A DNA stretch of 64,000 nucleotides from Lama glama (taxonomy: Eukaryota), in the NCBI GenBank assembly GCA_028534125.1, contig CM052817.1:51400001-51464000 (forward strand). Reading direction: 5' to 3'. Positions within the stretch are counted from its first letter, which is position 1. The number at the start of each line of letters is the position of its first letter. Of the stretch, positions 40,153 to 54,738 are shown piece by piece. A program made the position numbers and the translations under genes. The notes beneath the pieces were generated by a model, which saw only the letters and a program-made list of their open reading frames with translations, did no database searches and had not been told where the DNA came from.

Positions 40153-41497
40153 CTTTAAAGCTTCTGTTTGAACAGTTGTTGACTGTGAACATGACCTTTC
40201 TGACAATGGATTAGCATTTGTACTACCAATCTAAACATTTTCTTTGTTTTTCCTGCCTAATGTCTTCCTGTAGTTTCAGTATATCTCCCAGAGAAGCTTA
40301 CCTGACATATAACATTAAATTATTTCCTGATTGTTCGCTGTGTAACTGTTTTTGGTAGGTACTCACAAGCATGCTGATGATAATGATAGTGAGATCCATA
40401 AGAGAAAATTCTTCTTTCATAGAAACTAACCCTGTCTCTGTCATTTCTTTCCTGTGAAACAGAGACTATCAAATCTAATTAATTTATTGTGTTAGGTTAA
40501 TAAATCCTCTAACAGAAATAATCTTGTGTCTTTTATTACTCTGTTTAGTTGGGTTTCTTTTTTGCTATTTTACCTAAACAGAGTTGACTTGAAATTGATG
40601 ATTCTAGGATTTGGACCTGAGAAGTCACAGTTTAAGGGCTAAGATGTTGGAAACCAGTGAGACTAAGTTTTGCTCCCAGCTCTCCTGCTGCTACCTGTAA
40701 ATATATTATCATATTGCATTCTGAAATTGTAAATTACTAAGATAATTTCAAAATAAATAAGTAAATTTGGTGTTTCCTATGTGCTAAACATCACTGACTG
40801 CAGTGGGGCTATTCAACTTTTATTTTACATTTTCTAAAGCTTATTTGAAAAGCATGATTTTATATTTTGTATACATACATATATAGATTTCAAATATATG
40901 ACATTTCAAAGGCTGTGAATCATCAGTATGCACTTGCCATGATGAGTAATGTCATTAATATTGAGCACCCCCACAGGGCCTGACACAGTGTATGTATCAA
41001 CAATATCAAATACTTTAAATTTTCTAGAGAGGGCTTTTCTTTCATGCTTCCATGTATTTGTCAATGGTTTTCTCTGAGTTTTGTCTTCTACTTTCTCACC
41101 CTTCAAGCCAGTGTTCAAATAATGTTGTCTAGCCAACTCATCCTATATGAGAGTCAACTCAAAAGCTCAAAGAAACTAACCAAGCCAAGTATAAAAAGTA
41201 ATATTGATTCTTCAGTGTCCTCATTTGTCCAGTTGTATATTGCTACAACTCTCTCATTCTCTAGGTCTAAATTCTAGAGATTAGATCTAAATCAAGTATA
41301 GATCTAAGTTTTTAATCTCTCTTCTCTTTGGTTTGATATCTCGTTGAATCAATAGCCAAGAGTACAAAACAGATAAGTAATCAAACAAACAAAAACAACC
41401 TTTTTTGTCATGGCCTAATAACTTCTTTCCCTTTGAGTAGAACTCAAAAAAATCTCCTGTACTATGGGCACAGCAATACAAAAGATATTAAACTGCA

Positions 41498-41690
41498 ACA
41501 TTTTATCAATTTCAGGACACATTAATTCCTACCATATAATATCTCTGGAATTGGAGATTTATCTTAATATAAATGGAATATGATTTTGGTGTTGTGGCAT
41601 AGTCCAATAATATAATATTTAATTTCCTAGTGTTACATAAAATAATTGTGTATTTTACAATCAATGGCATCTTAGAATTGAATACCTGTG
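41498..41690. mobile_element. MER104-like TcMar-Tc2 MITE
   Basis: ttttatcaatttcaggacac...atctctggaattgg...ttacaatcaatggcatcttagaatt. Confidence 0.6.
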
Positions 41691-42240
41691 TATGTGTGTC
41701 CCATGGTTTTTGTTCAAGCTCTGTAGAATGTAAACTTTTTAATGAGAGTGAACACTATCTCTCTAATATACTTGGCACTTACTAACCATTCAGTAGTCAT
41801 TAGCAAAATGATTAACATATGCAGATGCATGTGGTCTCATTGGAGTGTCAGTGCCTATACTTGAATAGTCTAGTAAATCCTGGAACATGTTCCAAGATCT
41901 GCATCTCAAGAGTATAGGCTGAGTATGAGCAGAGGAAATTAAGGTCAGCCTATAAATTCTACTTAGAAATGCTAGTGAAAAATAAGAGAAACTTTCAGTT
42001 AACTAAATTTAGATCTGCCAAGAATTTTGCAAAAAAAAATGTGATCAGTATTGTCAGGAAGCATATATGCAATGACTAACAGCAGCTGTGTGGAAAGTGC
42101 TCTGTTATAGTTACCTCCTTTGGTTAATATAGCCAAAATGTCTCCTTTTATCCCCTTCTTCCTTTTTCTTTACTTCTCTGGCTCCCCGTTATCAGTCTTC
42201 AAAAAGAAAATATCTTAGCCTATGAATTTGTGTTGATGTG

Positions 42241-42729
42241 TGTTGTAGGCTAAAGGTCTCCCCAAGATGTCAACATCTGAATTCACAGAACCTGTGAATG
42301 TTACCTTCCAGGGTAAAAGGAACTTTGCAGATATGATTAAAGTTCAAGACTTTGAGATGCAGATGTTATTTTGGATTATCTGGGTGGGCTAAATGTAATC
42401 ACAAGTGTCTGCATAAGAAGGAGGGAGAGGGAAATTTGACTACAGAAGAAGAGTGTCAGAGAAACAAAGAAAATGTGATGAGGGAAGCAGAAATTGGAGT
42501 GATGCAGCCACAAGCCAAGGAATGTATGTGGCACCTAGAAGCTGGAAGAGGCAAGGAGATTCTTCCTTGGAACCTCCAGAAGGAACCAGCCCTGCATGCA
42601 ACTTGATTTTAATCCTGTAAAACTCACTGCAGACATCTGACTTCCAGAACTCTGAGAATAAACTTGTGCTGTTTCAAGCCACTAAATTTATGACAATTTG
42701 TTATAGAAGCAACAAGTAAAATTTAACAC
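42241..42729 (+). mobile_element. MaLR solo LTR (MLT1C/D-like)
   Basis: gaacctgtgaatgttacctt...aaaaggaactttgcagat..gattaaagtt...ggattatctgggtggg...gccacaagccaaggaatg...aagccactaaattta. Confidence 0.92.
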
Positions 42730-43254
42730 AATATGCTAAAAGGTTTATTTTTAGCCCTCTTCTAGCTCTATATACCCCTAGAAGATTCAATTCCCACCTG
42801 AAATTGTAGCCATTATCTGTAAGCTGTTGATGCTCAAATTCCGCTTGGGCATGAGGTATCTCCACCTTGATCGCATACAGGCAATTTTTGCATAAAAATC
42901 CCAAATGGAAGTCATCTCTCACTATGACTGTGCCAACTTCTACATTAATGTCTTGGTGACTGGCACAATTTCAGGATGTTTGACTCACCATTTCTTTGCA
43001 AATCACATTTAATCAAGGACTAAATCTAGAATTTCATTATCTTAATTATTTGTGACTTAGACTTAACTAAGCCTCTTCTCTCACAGCACTACTACAATAG
43101 AATCTATCATTTTTCCATATAGCTGTAAGAGTGATATTTCTGAAAAAGCACAACTATGTCAATTCTCTGCTCCAGAATTGTTAAAGATTCTATTATTAAT
43201 AGTATAAAATTTTATATATTGGGAAAGATACATATACTCCCTTGCCTTTACAGT

Positions 43255-43820
43255 CTTGTCCCAATATGAAACAATCTTCTCATTTTTTAATGACATTAAC
43301 TATTTCAGGCCAGTTACTTTAGAGAATATCCCACATTCTGAATATGTTTCCTGTGGTGGTGTTAGCCTTATTCTTTTATTCCCTATGAGTGAACATTAGA
43401 CTTTGAGGCCAGAAAAGATTCAGATGAAACATTTTGGGGATGAATATTTTGTAGGACATATTGAGTACTTAATATTGCACTAACCAGGAATATCATGGTA
43501 TGAGGATGCAATTCTATGAATTATCTTGAGTTTGTTCACTTTAGAAGATGTATTTTTAAAATTTCCAATTTGTAATTAATATGTGGAGTGATAATGGACA
43601 CCCTGTTCGTATCTTGTTTTCTAATATAGTTTCATGCAGTAGTTTTAGCATCCACTGATTATACTGATTGAATGAATTATAACATGGAAAGTTGTAAAAA
43701 TGGTGATTATCATTTTCTGTCATTTATTAGTTTTCATTCTTCTGCAAAGAACTTTCATTATATTTATCTTTACCTTTACTATCAATTCATGTATTTTTTA
43801 ATTTAGTTTGCTACAATCAA
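43255..43820 (-). mobile_element. Old L1 (L1MC4/L1ME-like) 3' UTR fragment
   Basis: ttttaatgacattaac..tttcaggccagtta..agaatatcccacattctgaat; ttttagcatccactgatt; aaaatggtgatt. Confidence 0.55.
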
Positions 43821-46608
43821 GATAATACATTAATTTACTGCTGACACTAGTTAACACAGTTTGTCACTTAAGTCACTGTTATCAGTAATTTAAGAACACC
43901 TTTACAATTCTAAGATGTTTTGATCTCATGAGATTTACTGAAATTAATAATTTAACCAAAGTGTATAAGTATTACGATTCTTCTCTAGCATAGAAAAAAG
44001 GAATAACATCTAATCACCTACTGTATAAAATCACTGTTCCAAGGAATTTTCATATATTTTTTCCAGTCAATCTTCAAAACATATTATTACTATCCCTTGT
44101 AGAACTTGTTCCTCACCCCTTACCTACAATCTCACTTTACAGATCAGGAAATCTATACTCTGAAAGGCTAATTAAACTGCTTAAAACTACTTAATGAGTA
44201 AAAGATGAGTAGAATTTAAACTCAGGTCTACTGGTTCTTTCCCTACATCACAGTGCCTCTCTGAAGTTCTAGTAACCTTTATTTTACTATTATGATACTA
44301 TTTGTTCATGTAATAGTGCTGTGCTTCACACATTTGGCATCCCCACTAAGTCTAACTTTTTTTCTCATTGAAATATATCTTCACATTTAAGTTCATTAAT
44401 TTTTTTGTTCTTTATTGGTTGTGTTGCTTATTAATTTGTTAAACTATTTCTATTTACTCATTCCAAATGATATGTTTAATCTTTATTAAGAAGTATGATA
44501 TGTTAGTTTTTAGCTAGAAGCTATGACAACTCAAATGGCCACAGGTTAATGGCTTCAAATTTTAACCCAAAGAGGACCTTATTGACTGTCCTTCTTGCTC
44601 ATCTTATGCACCCACTGTTAAGAGTTTAAAAACAATTTTGCAGTAAAAGCTATGAGCAGGGATTGTATTCTTCCAAGAGAGTAAAAGTAACACAGTACTG
44701 CAGAAAAATTCTTGACTGAACCCAATTCTTCAAGGAAAGACAGCGGGTCTTATAATTTTGAATACCAGAAAGGCACAGAACCCCACTCAGTCTTCATTTC
44801 CAATTAATACTTTAAAGAGATGTGTTTTTAGGAAAGTCAATGTTGGCATCCAGAAAAGTAGGAAAAGTATAATCTTCCTGAGATAAAGATTCCCTGGTTA
44901 TAAATCAAACTGTTATTTCAGTTCATTCCAAATAATCTCAAACTCCTAAAATCCCCACATTCTTTCATGAATTATTCAGAATCTCCCAAATTTTCCACCT
45001 CAATTTTGCTGCCATTTTAAGGTGATGCATCAGCAATGTTCAATAACTGAAAAAAGCAGGTGGTAAACCCTGTGTGTCCTTTCTTGCCTATAGTCTAGGT
45101 ATCACTTCATTTAATCTTTACCTATCCAATTGTTTGCTAATTTTATCCTTGTTTCACACCTCCTACTTCTTGGACAATTTTGTATTTGTTCTTTAATTCT
45201 GTAACTCTGACCCTAAAGACTATGGCTCAGACTCATGCTTTTACTGTTACTTGTTTTAGGCAGAACGTCTAGCTCTTGAAGACTTAATTTCAAGTTGCAG
45301 ATTACTTGGCTGACATCATATTTGAATCTCTTTCAGTCCTTTTCATATACGCTTTGGACACAAGATTTGTTTTAAAAATAATATAACACTCAATGTGGAC
45401 TGACAGCAATAAGAAAGGGATCATCTGGACATGTACACATCTATAACAGAAACTCAGATCTCTAGTGTGTTTTTAGGCCCTACTGATAATTTTTCAAAAA
45501 TTCTATTAAGTTTTGGTCATTTGATTGGAAGCTTTGGTATTGTTTAGAGAAAGTGATTATCCTGTTGATTGTGAGGAACTAGAAAGAATATAGATACTTT
45601 TTTCTTTGTATTTTTGATTTAAAAGAAAGAGATACGAGGAAAGTCCTATGGCTCATAAGTTAATTTGTGTCTATTACTGGAAAGGACCCTGTGGCATTAC
45701 CTGTTTAGCTTTGCCTCTGACCTTCAATATATCCTAGAGTTTCAGAGAATATTCTTTCACTAAAAATGAATGAAACAGAAGCAGAGAATTTCCAGGAAGA
45801 GCTTGAGGCCTCAAGGGATAGGCCTGTATACAGATTAGCATGACTGAAAGTTGAACAAAGGGGCAGCCCCAAGCTTACTCCTGACCTTTTCCCTTCATTC
45901 AGTGGCATTTATATGAGCTTAGACTGCAAGTATTCTAGAGATGGCAGAAAGCTGATCTGGACACAGTTCAAGCTATACTGATTCTTTTTTGCTCCAAAGA
46001 AATGTAGCAAGTTATTTTTTTCTTTTCTCCCTGACCCCTGACATAACCAAAAAAATAAAAAATAAAGAAATGAAAAGATGAGAAAAAGAGATCTGTCTCG
46101 AGGTAAATATAGGAAACTAAAAATATATTCTAAACTCTATACTAGTAGATAAAAATCTAGTTTTGGATATTAAGATACAAGGCTATTAAATTAATTTGAT
46201 TTTAATCCTGCTTATTTTAAAAGAAGAAATTCTTCATGAGGAATTTTGGGGAGAAAAATTTAGGGAACACAAAATGGTTAAAAACTACCTTTATATTCAG
46301 TGATGACGTTTCCAATAACTTAATTTTTAAGAGACCTTTATATACAAGTATTGCACTTCTATAATGAAAATAAAATGTTAAATTAGTAGTAGTAAAATCA
46401 GCATATCAAGAGCTAGTCTTATATGCTACCATTTGTGTTGAACTCATTAATTTCTGGAAACTTACTAGCAATAATTTTTAAGTCTTCAATAAGTGTTTGC
46501 ATTAAAGCAAAATTAAATTATACACAAACACACAGGTTACACAACACACACATTCACATACACATGCAGTCATTAATTTTGATGCATGACACAAAAGACA
46601 AAAATCTC

Positions 46609-47388
46609 TGTAGTAGATGCCATTAAATCCTTTCCCCATATATTCTCGCCCCAACTGAGTTTACCAGCAGTTTAGTTTCCAGCCTACCTTTGGCCTTTCA
46701 TTTTGCATTAAGGACTTTCTTTCCTTTTGTCTTCTGAGGATATATTTTTTTTTAAATCACTTGATTGAGGTATGGTTGTCACATAAGATGCTGTATGTAT
46801 TTAATGTATACAACACCTTGAGTTTAAAGATAAGTATATACCTATGAAATCATTACTGACCACTATTAATGCCATAGATGGATCCCTTACTTCCCAAAGT
46901 TTCCTCCCATCCCCTTGATGATGATGATGATGATGATGGTGATTCTGTATATGCATAATCATAAGAGCATTTAACATAAGATCTACCCTTTAGGTAAATT
47001 TTAAGAATACAATATAGTACTGTTGAAGAGTTTTATTTGTACCTAAGATCTTGCTTGGACGCAATTACGAGCAACTTGTAAGTTTTAAGGAGTTAATGTC
47101 CCTTGGTTAAGGTTAACATTGAAACAAAGGGGAACAGGATGGTCAATGAATAATAGCAAGATTTCCCATTTCTCAAGGGATTGTCCTGAAGCCTGTTCCA
47201 TATAGTTTTCCTAGAGGGTCCTTAGAAGGCTAAGTGGCCATAGCCTACAGCAGTAATATCATTAACCCAAGCTTCTTTTCCCTGCTTCACACTTTCTTGT
47301 TTGCACTTCCTGGGGTCACTTCTCACATACATTCTCTGTATCCAGGTTCTTCTCTCTGAATCATGTTTAGAGCCACTTAATCCTGACA
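46609..47388 (+). mobile_element. ERVL solo LTR (LTR16-like), interrupted by an L1 fragment
   Basis: tgtagtagatgcc start; ggagttaatgtccc; gcctacagcagtaa; cttcctggggtcacttctca; ends ...atcctgaca. Confidence 0.7.
46742..47025 (-). mobile_element. L1MA-like 3' end with internal (GAT)n
   Basis: Poly-T then gattgaggtatggttg...atttaatgtatacaac...ataagtatatacctatgaaa...atttaacataagatctaccctttt...aatacaatatagta. Confidence 0.85.
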
Positions 47389-48579
47389 TACTGGAACAAA
47401 GCAAATATAATTTGTGCATTTCTGTTACCTCTGTTGCTGAAATAATCAATGATAGAGACAGAAAACCTAGTGAAATTACATTCTGGCAGGACTGTAAGAT
47501 GACTAAAATATATTGACTGATTTTCATTTTAATTATTTCACATACACAGATTCAAAAGTGTCCTATGATAAATACCACTATACTCAAACTATATAAACAA
47601 AACTACTTGAAGTGAAACAGACATTTATTTTCAGTGATGTAAGATAAAACATAATTCCTCACTGACGAAATAATTGAACATTCCATCCAATTAATTGTAA
47701 TAGGATTTTAACTATTCATATTTGTTAGTTGTTCAAAAAAAGGGGGACAATAATCCTAGTGACTGTACTTCTATTACAACTAATATCTCCTCTATTGGAA
47801 AATGTGTCCTTGGTTTAATCTTCAAAGTTACTTAACTATCTCCAGTGAATTCTGAACTGAGTAAATTTTGTTCTTAGTTTCTCTTTTAGTTTTTAGTTCA
47901 TTTATAGAGTATAAAGCACTTCCCTAAATAAAAACCTGAGATGATTCATGGTACCTGCCTTAAAATAATTTTTTATTATTTCCTTATAAATCAATTTTGA
48001 GTATTTATTATATCCATAATACAAGAGTGAGATTGTGCAGTTGGGATTGCCCATAGCCTAGCTCATTTGAGTAATTGTAAGTAGTGTAATAGTCACTATT
48101 AAATTTATTGGCTAATGCTGTAAGGTGGCATCTGTCATCAGCATCCTCATATAAACTCACAGCATCTGTTCCATCACACAATGTTCTATTTCTGTGTCTC
48201 ACACATCTAACTAGAGAAGAACTAATAGACTATGTTGAAATAAGTTGCCAGTGTTTCTAAATGAGAATTCAAGTCATCTTTGCCAGAAATGTATGTGATA
48301 AAACAGGAATAAACTATGACATGTGATTTTAAAGAATAGTAAAAATGAGTTAATTGATTCACTTATAGTTAAATTTCAAGATTATACAATTAAATAATTG
48401 GAGGACAAGTTTATGGTATACTTTGTATCATTTAAAAAAATATGTATAACTTAGCTTTCATTTTGGATTGAAATAGCATAAAAGTGTGATGAATCTTTTT
48501 GAAACTCAGTAGATTCAACATAGTTAATATTTTGTGCCAGATACTTCTACTGAAACACAATGAATTAGAAATGAAACAT

Positions 48580-48880
48580 GAATTCAGTCATGTATTCATC
48601 TATTCATTCCAAAAAATGTTGATAGATCATACCATGTGCTGGGACACAAGCATGAAATAATTTTTTTAAAAAGCAGTGACAGAAGTGCCTGGTAACATGC
48701 AGTTTATTGTCCTAGGAAAGGAAGGCAGAGAAAAAGAAAATAAAACAGTTAATATAGATCAGGTGGCATAAGTGCTATGAAGAGAAGTAAAGGAGAATGT
48801 AGGTATAAAAGTGGCAGCAGAGGGTGTTACTTCAGAAAAACTGATCTAAGAATAAGTTTCTGATTCAGTGGAAAATATCT
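48580..48880 (-). mobile_element. L2 fragment
   Basis: attcatctattcattcc...taccatgtgctggg...ataagtgctatgaaga. Confidence 0.6.
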
Positions 48881-50107
48881 CAAGTGCAATTAATGATGGA
48901 AATCAAAGATTAAGGAAATGTATAGTCACCTTTTCTTTTATAAAAGGTGATTAGAAAACATCTTGAATGGTTAAAAGTTTTAGCACTCTCCTGGCAAAAG
49001 CTGGAGAAACTATCCCTAAGAATCAAAAAGCACGTAACTCTGCAATCCAAAAGCAGAGTGTAAAAATATGTAAGAAATCTCAAACAGGCCAATCCCTTGG
49101 AGAGCTTTTTATTATGTTTCAATGCAAGCATATTTTAATGCAAACCCTAATACATAACTTGCATGACTTAATGGAGGAAAAACTGTATATTCTTTGTTTA
49201 AGAAGTGCAGTGTAAATTGTTACCATGATGTTAAATTATTCTTCTTACTGCTTTACAACTATCTGAGAACATTTTGCATAAGAAAAAAATACGTCTAAAT
49301 ATAAATGAAAGCCACCCAATGTGTGAAAGGTAGCAGCATTTTGTGGCACATGGTGTGTCGCTCAAAAAAAGAAAAGACATGACAAAATTCTGTTTAGTCA
49401 TGTATTTATTCAATGAATTTATTTAAACAGTATTCACTTCAGACTAAGTAAATATGCCAAAGAACAAGTAAGAGCTTTGAGTTTTTATTGCTGTCCACTG
49501 AACATTAAAACACTGCCATTGTTTCATTATGTGTATATTTTAATTAAACAAAGGCTAGGAAATAGTTCTTAATATGTAGAACATATGTGGCATGTAATCA
49601 AGGAATCATGTTATATTTAAAGTAAAAATTTTAAATAATACTATGTTAAGCTACAAGGAATTTATTCTCTGAACAAACAAATGAGTAAATCAATGGAAAT
49701 ATAAGAGCAAATGCAAACTCTTACTATAATATTAAGATATGATCTTTTCTTTCAACAAAGTTACAATGTAGTTATAGGAAGTACATATTAACATAATGGG
49801 CAAATACTAAAGAGGTAATGATTACATATTATATTTAAGACTCAACCCCCATACTATCTGATGGTATATATATATCATTGTGGTAATCATTCCGGGTCCA
49901 GAGTAAAAAGACATGGATTCTGCTTCTACTACTGCAGTTTTATAACAGTGTACTTTTGAATTTCATTGTGTTCATTTCTAAATAATCAAATATGTGAAAG
50001 AGAAATCATGAGGGAAGGAGAGAGAGGCTCAAATGAGGCAATGCTTATGAAAGATACAAAAGTGGTTTAGGTTTTAACTAGCATTAATAAAAAATTTCAG
50101 AAGAGTG

Positions 50108-50540
50108 CTTCATTGATTCATTCATCTCTTCACTGAACAGATACTTACTGAGCCCCAATTATATGTCAGGCACTGTTCTAGGTGCTAGACACAGATTGTA
50201 GGATAGACCAATCCCCTACTCCAGGCAAGCTTACATTCTAGGGATGGGAACAAAAAAATGAACAAATAAACACATACATCAAATATCAGATAACATTGCA
50301 AATATGAGGAAAAATATAGCAAAATAAGGAGGATGCAGAGTGACAGCCTTTGGGAGAACTATTTTAAACGGACAATCAGGGAAATCCATTCTAAGAGATG
50401 TCACAAAGTAAGGGATCTGAGTGGAATAAGGGTGAAAACTATGAAGGTTTTGAGGGTTAAGAGAATTTCAGGAATAGGGTAAATAAATGTAGAAGCACTA
50501 GGATAAATGAGCTTGGTGTATCAGAAAAAGAGCAGGGAGG
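50108..50540 (-). mobile_element. L2 fragment
   Basis: ttcattgattcattcat...aacagatacttactgagc...tatgtcaggcactgttctaggtgctag...aagcttacattctagg. Confidence 0.8.
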
Positions 50541-50919
50541 AGAACAATGTGAGTAGGGGTCTTATGATAGGAGATGGGACTGGGGGATTTTTGGAGGAGG
50601 GCCTACCACGAAAAAAGGATGGGGATAGTCAAGAAAGAATTAGAGAGGGTGCAGAACTTGACCAGAATCTAGAAGTTGAGATTTGTGTAGAGAGAGGAAA
50701 AGGCAGGGACTCCAAAATGAGGGAATCATGAAAAAGGAAGTGAAGAAAACAAACATTAAAATATTGAGGGAGTTAAGGTCATAATGGGAACTATAATAGC
50801 ATAGCTCTTTGATATAAAATTTATCCTGGCAATGAGAAGAAGGATGGTTTGATATGATGAGCACCTAAGGTAAGGTTGTATTACTTAACCAGTGGCTCAG
50901 AGGCATCCACAACATGATA

Positions 50920-51300
50920 TATCAGCCAGAGTAGGCTAACTGATTTCATAAGCAAACTGCTAAATCTTACTGGTTTTACACAATTGGTTTATTTCTCACT
51001 TACATCATAGAGGGGACAGACCATCATGGGGGTCCTGCTCTCCACAGTCATCTGGACTCCCAGGATCCTTCCAGACCATGGTCTTAATAGCCTCTAAGTC
51101 CTTGAATTCCTCTCCTTTCAGCCAACTGATGGCAAGAGCTTAGCCTGGGCATCTTGAGAAGGGAAATGTGTTTATTGTCTATCACAGAAAGGGGAGCTGA
51201 TTATTTCCTATTCACTTTTCAGACCTAAGTCAAGTGGCCACACATCACCTAAAAGCAGCCTGAAATATACAGTCAAGTTGTGTGACCAGGAAGAAAAACA
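50920..51300 (-). mobile_element. Old MaLR LTR (MLT1J/K-like)
   Basis: taaatcttactggttttacacaa..ggtttatttctcactt...ctctccacagtcatc..actcccagg...agtcaagtggccacac...tgtgtgaccaggaag. Confidence 0.55.
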
Positions 51301-52939
51301 AAATAGAGAAAACATAGAGATGCATGCATATTAGATAAAAGTAGGAAGCACAAAGGAAATGTCAAAAGAATATACATATTAGAAGAAATAATAGCATATA
51401 TAAAGTAGATAGCACAAAGAAAACATGAAACATCCAATATCATCTATGCTATTGTTCTTATTTTAATATTTCTATTAAAGTAAATATAAAAATTGTCTCA
51501 TCAAAATGTTTTTCAGTAAACATCATTGGGGCAAAGTCTTCATAACAAAATGTTCTATCTTTTATTAAAAGAATACCTTTTGAATTAAATTCCTTATTTT
51601 CTGATTTCCTACCCAGTCATAGAGTACAGCAATGTAGATCATGGCATTAGGATAATGGAATTATTTTTAATCATTTTTTCCATATTCTCTAAGTGAATAA
51701 TGCTGGCTCATTATGTCCTTATTCTAAAATGCAATATATGTTATGCATCTGTGATTTTATTTATTGAAAAACTTTTTTTCTTACTAATTAGAAACAATGA
51801 GAGCTTAAAATGAAGTTTTCCTCTTAATTTAAGGTGGAGAAAATATGTTATGAAAATAGCAATTTGCTACCTAGGACTATTTGGAAGCATCAATGAAAGC
51901 AAGATTTTACGAATAAAAAATAATGATTTTTAAAGATAGTGTAATCATTGTCAGCATATCCAGAAGGGATAAGAAAATCACACACAGCCTTACAAATTTG
52001 ACCTATAGACTGCGGCCTATAATGACCCATAAAAAATTGGTCAGTTTTCTTATGCCCTAAACATCTATGTAGTAACATTTAAAGTAGTATTAGTAATAAT
52101 AATAATTATAATGAAGCAATTATGTTTTCTAAAAAGTTCACTTTGACATAGAAGACTATCCTCAAACACATAATCTATTAGGTAGACACTATACAGAACT
52201 ATTTTTGATTGCATTCGGGCATATGAGTAATTAAGCCTATAAATAACTATTGGTTTAACATCAAATCTAAAAACCCTCTTGTCATTTCTCTCATATTTAT
52301 TCTCTCTCTCTCTCTCTGTCTCTGCCTGTCTCGCTCTCTCTTTCTCTTTCTCTCCATCGCTCCTCCTCTCTCCTACCAGGACATTGTTACCTACCAGCTA
52401 AAATCTGACTGAATCTTACCATTCAAAAATATTAACTTCTGATATAGGCTGATGGTATAATGATAGTGCTTGGTTAAATCAGTGTCTCTCAGAAGTATTT
52501 TTTCCTCATATATCCCCTATAATAATTTAGACTAAAAGAAGTATTTTCAAGAAAGTTTCAGTTTGACAGTTAAATAGCTAAAATTTTGAAAATTTGCCTC
52601 ACTATATTGCCATTTTAAAATGGACAGGTTATGTCAGTCTTTTAATTACATCCAGTGAGATCTAAATGTAAGAATGATTTGAAACACAATATTACTAATT
52701 TAAAAGAAATACATGAACAAGCATAATACTGTGTAGTCTTTACTTCTTTAGATAATGTTCACTCCCAATTCCTCCACAGAATTTTATTAGAAAGTATATA
52801 ATACACTTAAGTCTTTGGTTGAAAGTCTTTTATTATTTCTCTAAAATAATATGTGTGCTTAAATTGAAAATCATTTTATAATTTCCTATGACGATAAGGC
52901 AATAAATGTTAAAAATTATTTTAGATTGGCATATCTTTA

Positions 52940-53280
52940 CTACATTTAAATGTAACACAGATTGATCAAAGATCTCCTATCATATATCCGTGGATGAATA
53001 TTATTTATTTTGAGAATAATACAGAGTTCAACATCCATTCCATTCTTTAATTTTTTATTAAAAATAGTTTTGAGTATAAAGAAATTAAGTTCATATAAGT
53101 AAATAGATTCAGACAGACTTGTTATAAGCATATTACTCAGTTTTTTGAACCCCTTCTGAGATTTGCACCAAAAATCACCAAGCTGATTTCTCATTTAAAA
53201 CTATTTAATAATCTGTCATCTGACAACTAAAGTTGGTTCTCCGTCAGTTCTGTTGAAAAATCTGAGTTGGAAAACACCTG
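52940..53280 (-). mobile_element. hAT-Charlie transposase C-terminal (dimerisation domain) remnant
   Basis: Minus ORF 52946-53194 LGDFWCKSQKGFKKLSNML...SIYLYELNFF..KT...KNGMDVE...NIHPRI resembles the hAT dimerisation motif (FW...E+..L...A...LLPF.STYLCE.GFS). Confidence 0.7.
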
Positions 53281-53360
53281 AAAAAGTATTTGTTTTCTAG
53301 TCATTAGTCAATCATTTTTCTTAGCTGGGACACCAATATATATATATAGTTTATCCTCTG

Positions 53361-53398
53361 TGTATGTATGTGTGAGTGTGAATTGTGTATGTGTGAGT

Positions 53399-53435
<37 letters not shown>
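53361..53435 (+). repeat. (TG)n microsatellite
   Basis: Directly visible. Confidence 0.95.
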
Positions 53436-53440
<5 letters not shown>

Positions 53441-54119
53441 CCCTGGGGAGTTTTACATTATGGAGCAATATACTGTAATTAGCCTTGGGATGGGTGAGAA
53501 ATGTTCCTTTTTATATATGGCGGAGATGAATATACTAGAGAAAGGAGATGTAGAAAAGAAGTTGCTTGACTCGGGAACCTTATCAGCCTTAGGAAGGAAT
53601 CCATAGGGAAGTGAGAAATTAATTTCTTTAAAACCATCTGTGCTTGTATCGTATAACCCCAGGCTATGTACACCACGATTGAAAACAACTGGTCTGAGGA
53701 GGTTATCTACAAACTGAGGGCAGTCCCTTGGAGAGTTTGAATATATAAACTGACATTGATTCCTTGCTTAGTCCTTAGGGGATCACTTGTCACAGGTGGC
53801 ATGCATTGTGTCCTATGTAAAGAGTAGAAGTTCCACATCCTGGAGAGATTGACAGAGTCACATACTAGTTGCTTAGCATTTTCTGACTTACTGAAGTTTG
53901 CATGTGCACAGCTATGCAAGTGGCCTTACACACTATATGTTTTATAGTTTTAATGAATACAATATTCATAAAAGGGACAAGTAGCCTACAAAGATTTCTG
54001 CCAAGTATATGTATATTAAAGATAATATATGATTAATAATCCAAACAAGAGCAAATATTCAAAAATGGCAAAATTGATGCTTATCAATCAAGTTCAACTT
54101 TCTGGTAGGCTACCCTGCA

Positions 54120-54412
54120 AGACAAAAACAATGATGGTCTAAATGACATAAGAAGAGATCTGCAGAAAATTTCTAAATCATCAAAAAGACAATTTGAAGT
54201 ATAAATGTACATCTGTAATTAATAAAAATCTTTAAAATAAATTTAATCATTTATAACACCTCTGGGTTTTGTGATGGTTTACAATGTAGGATAATGCATT
54301 AGTAAAGAAGTAGGTATAAACAGTTTATAAATAAATAAACATGTTTGGGGATATTTGTCCAAAAATATTTTAATGGTGGGATGTATTATCAGAAAACTTT
54401 GGGGACCACTTG
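54120..54412. mobile_element. hAT-Charlie (MER113-like) terminal fragment
   Basis: Ends aaaaatattttaatggtgggatgtattatcagaaaactttggggaccact, similar to recalled Charlie termini. Confidence 0.5.
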
Positions 54413-54738
54413 TCTAGATAAAGCTCTAGGGTTAACTTTCCTATATGATGGAAAGAACAGTGCTCAGCACCTGCCTATTTAGAAATTTTGTCAGCATTAT
54501 TTCCTCTGTATATTTTGCACTAAATAGCAAATATAGGAGAAGCAGTGAGGTTTGGGACCATCTATTACCAATAATGCTTATAATAACATAATTCTGCTGC
54601 CTTACATTTACGAATAGTGTAAATAATTTTATGATTTTCAAGTAATCCATATGTAAATAATTAAAGACAGTGATGTTTTTGAACAATAGAATGGAAAGAT
54701 TGGGAGAAGGTACATAATTAGACACAATTTTCCTTTAG

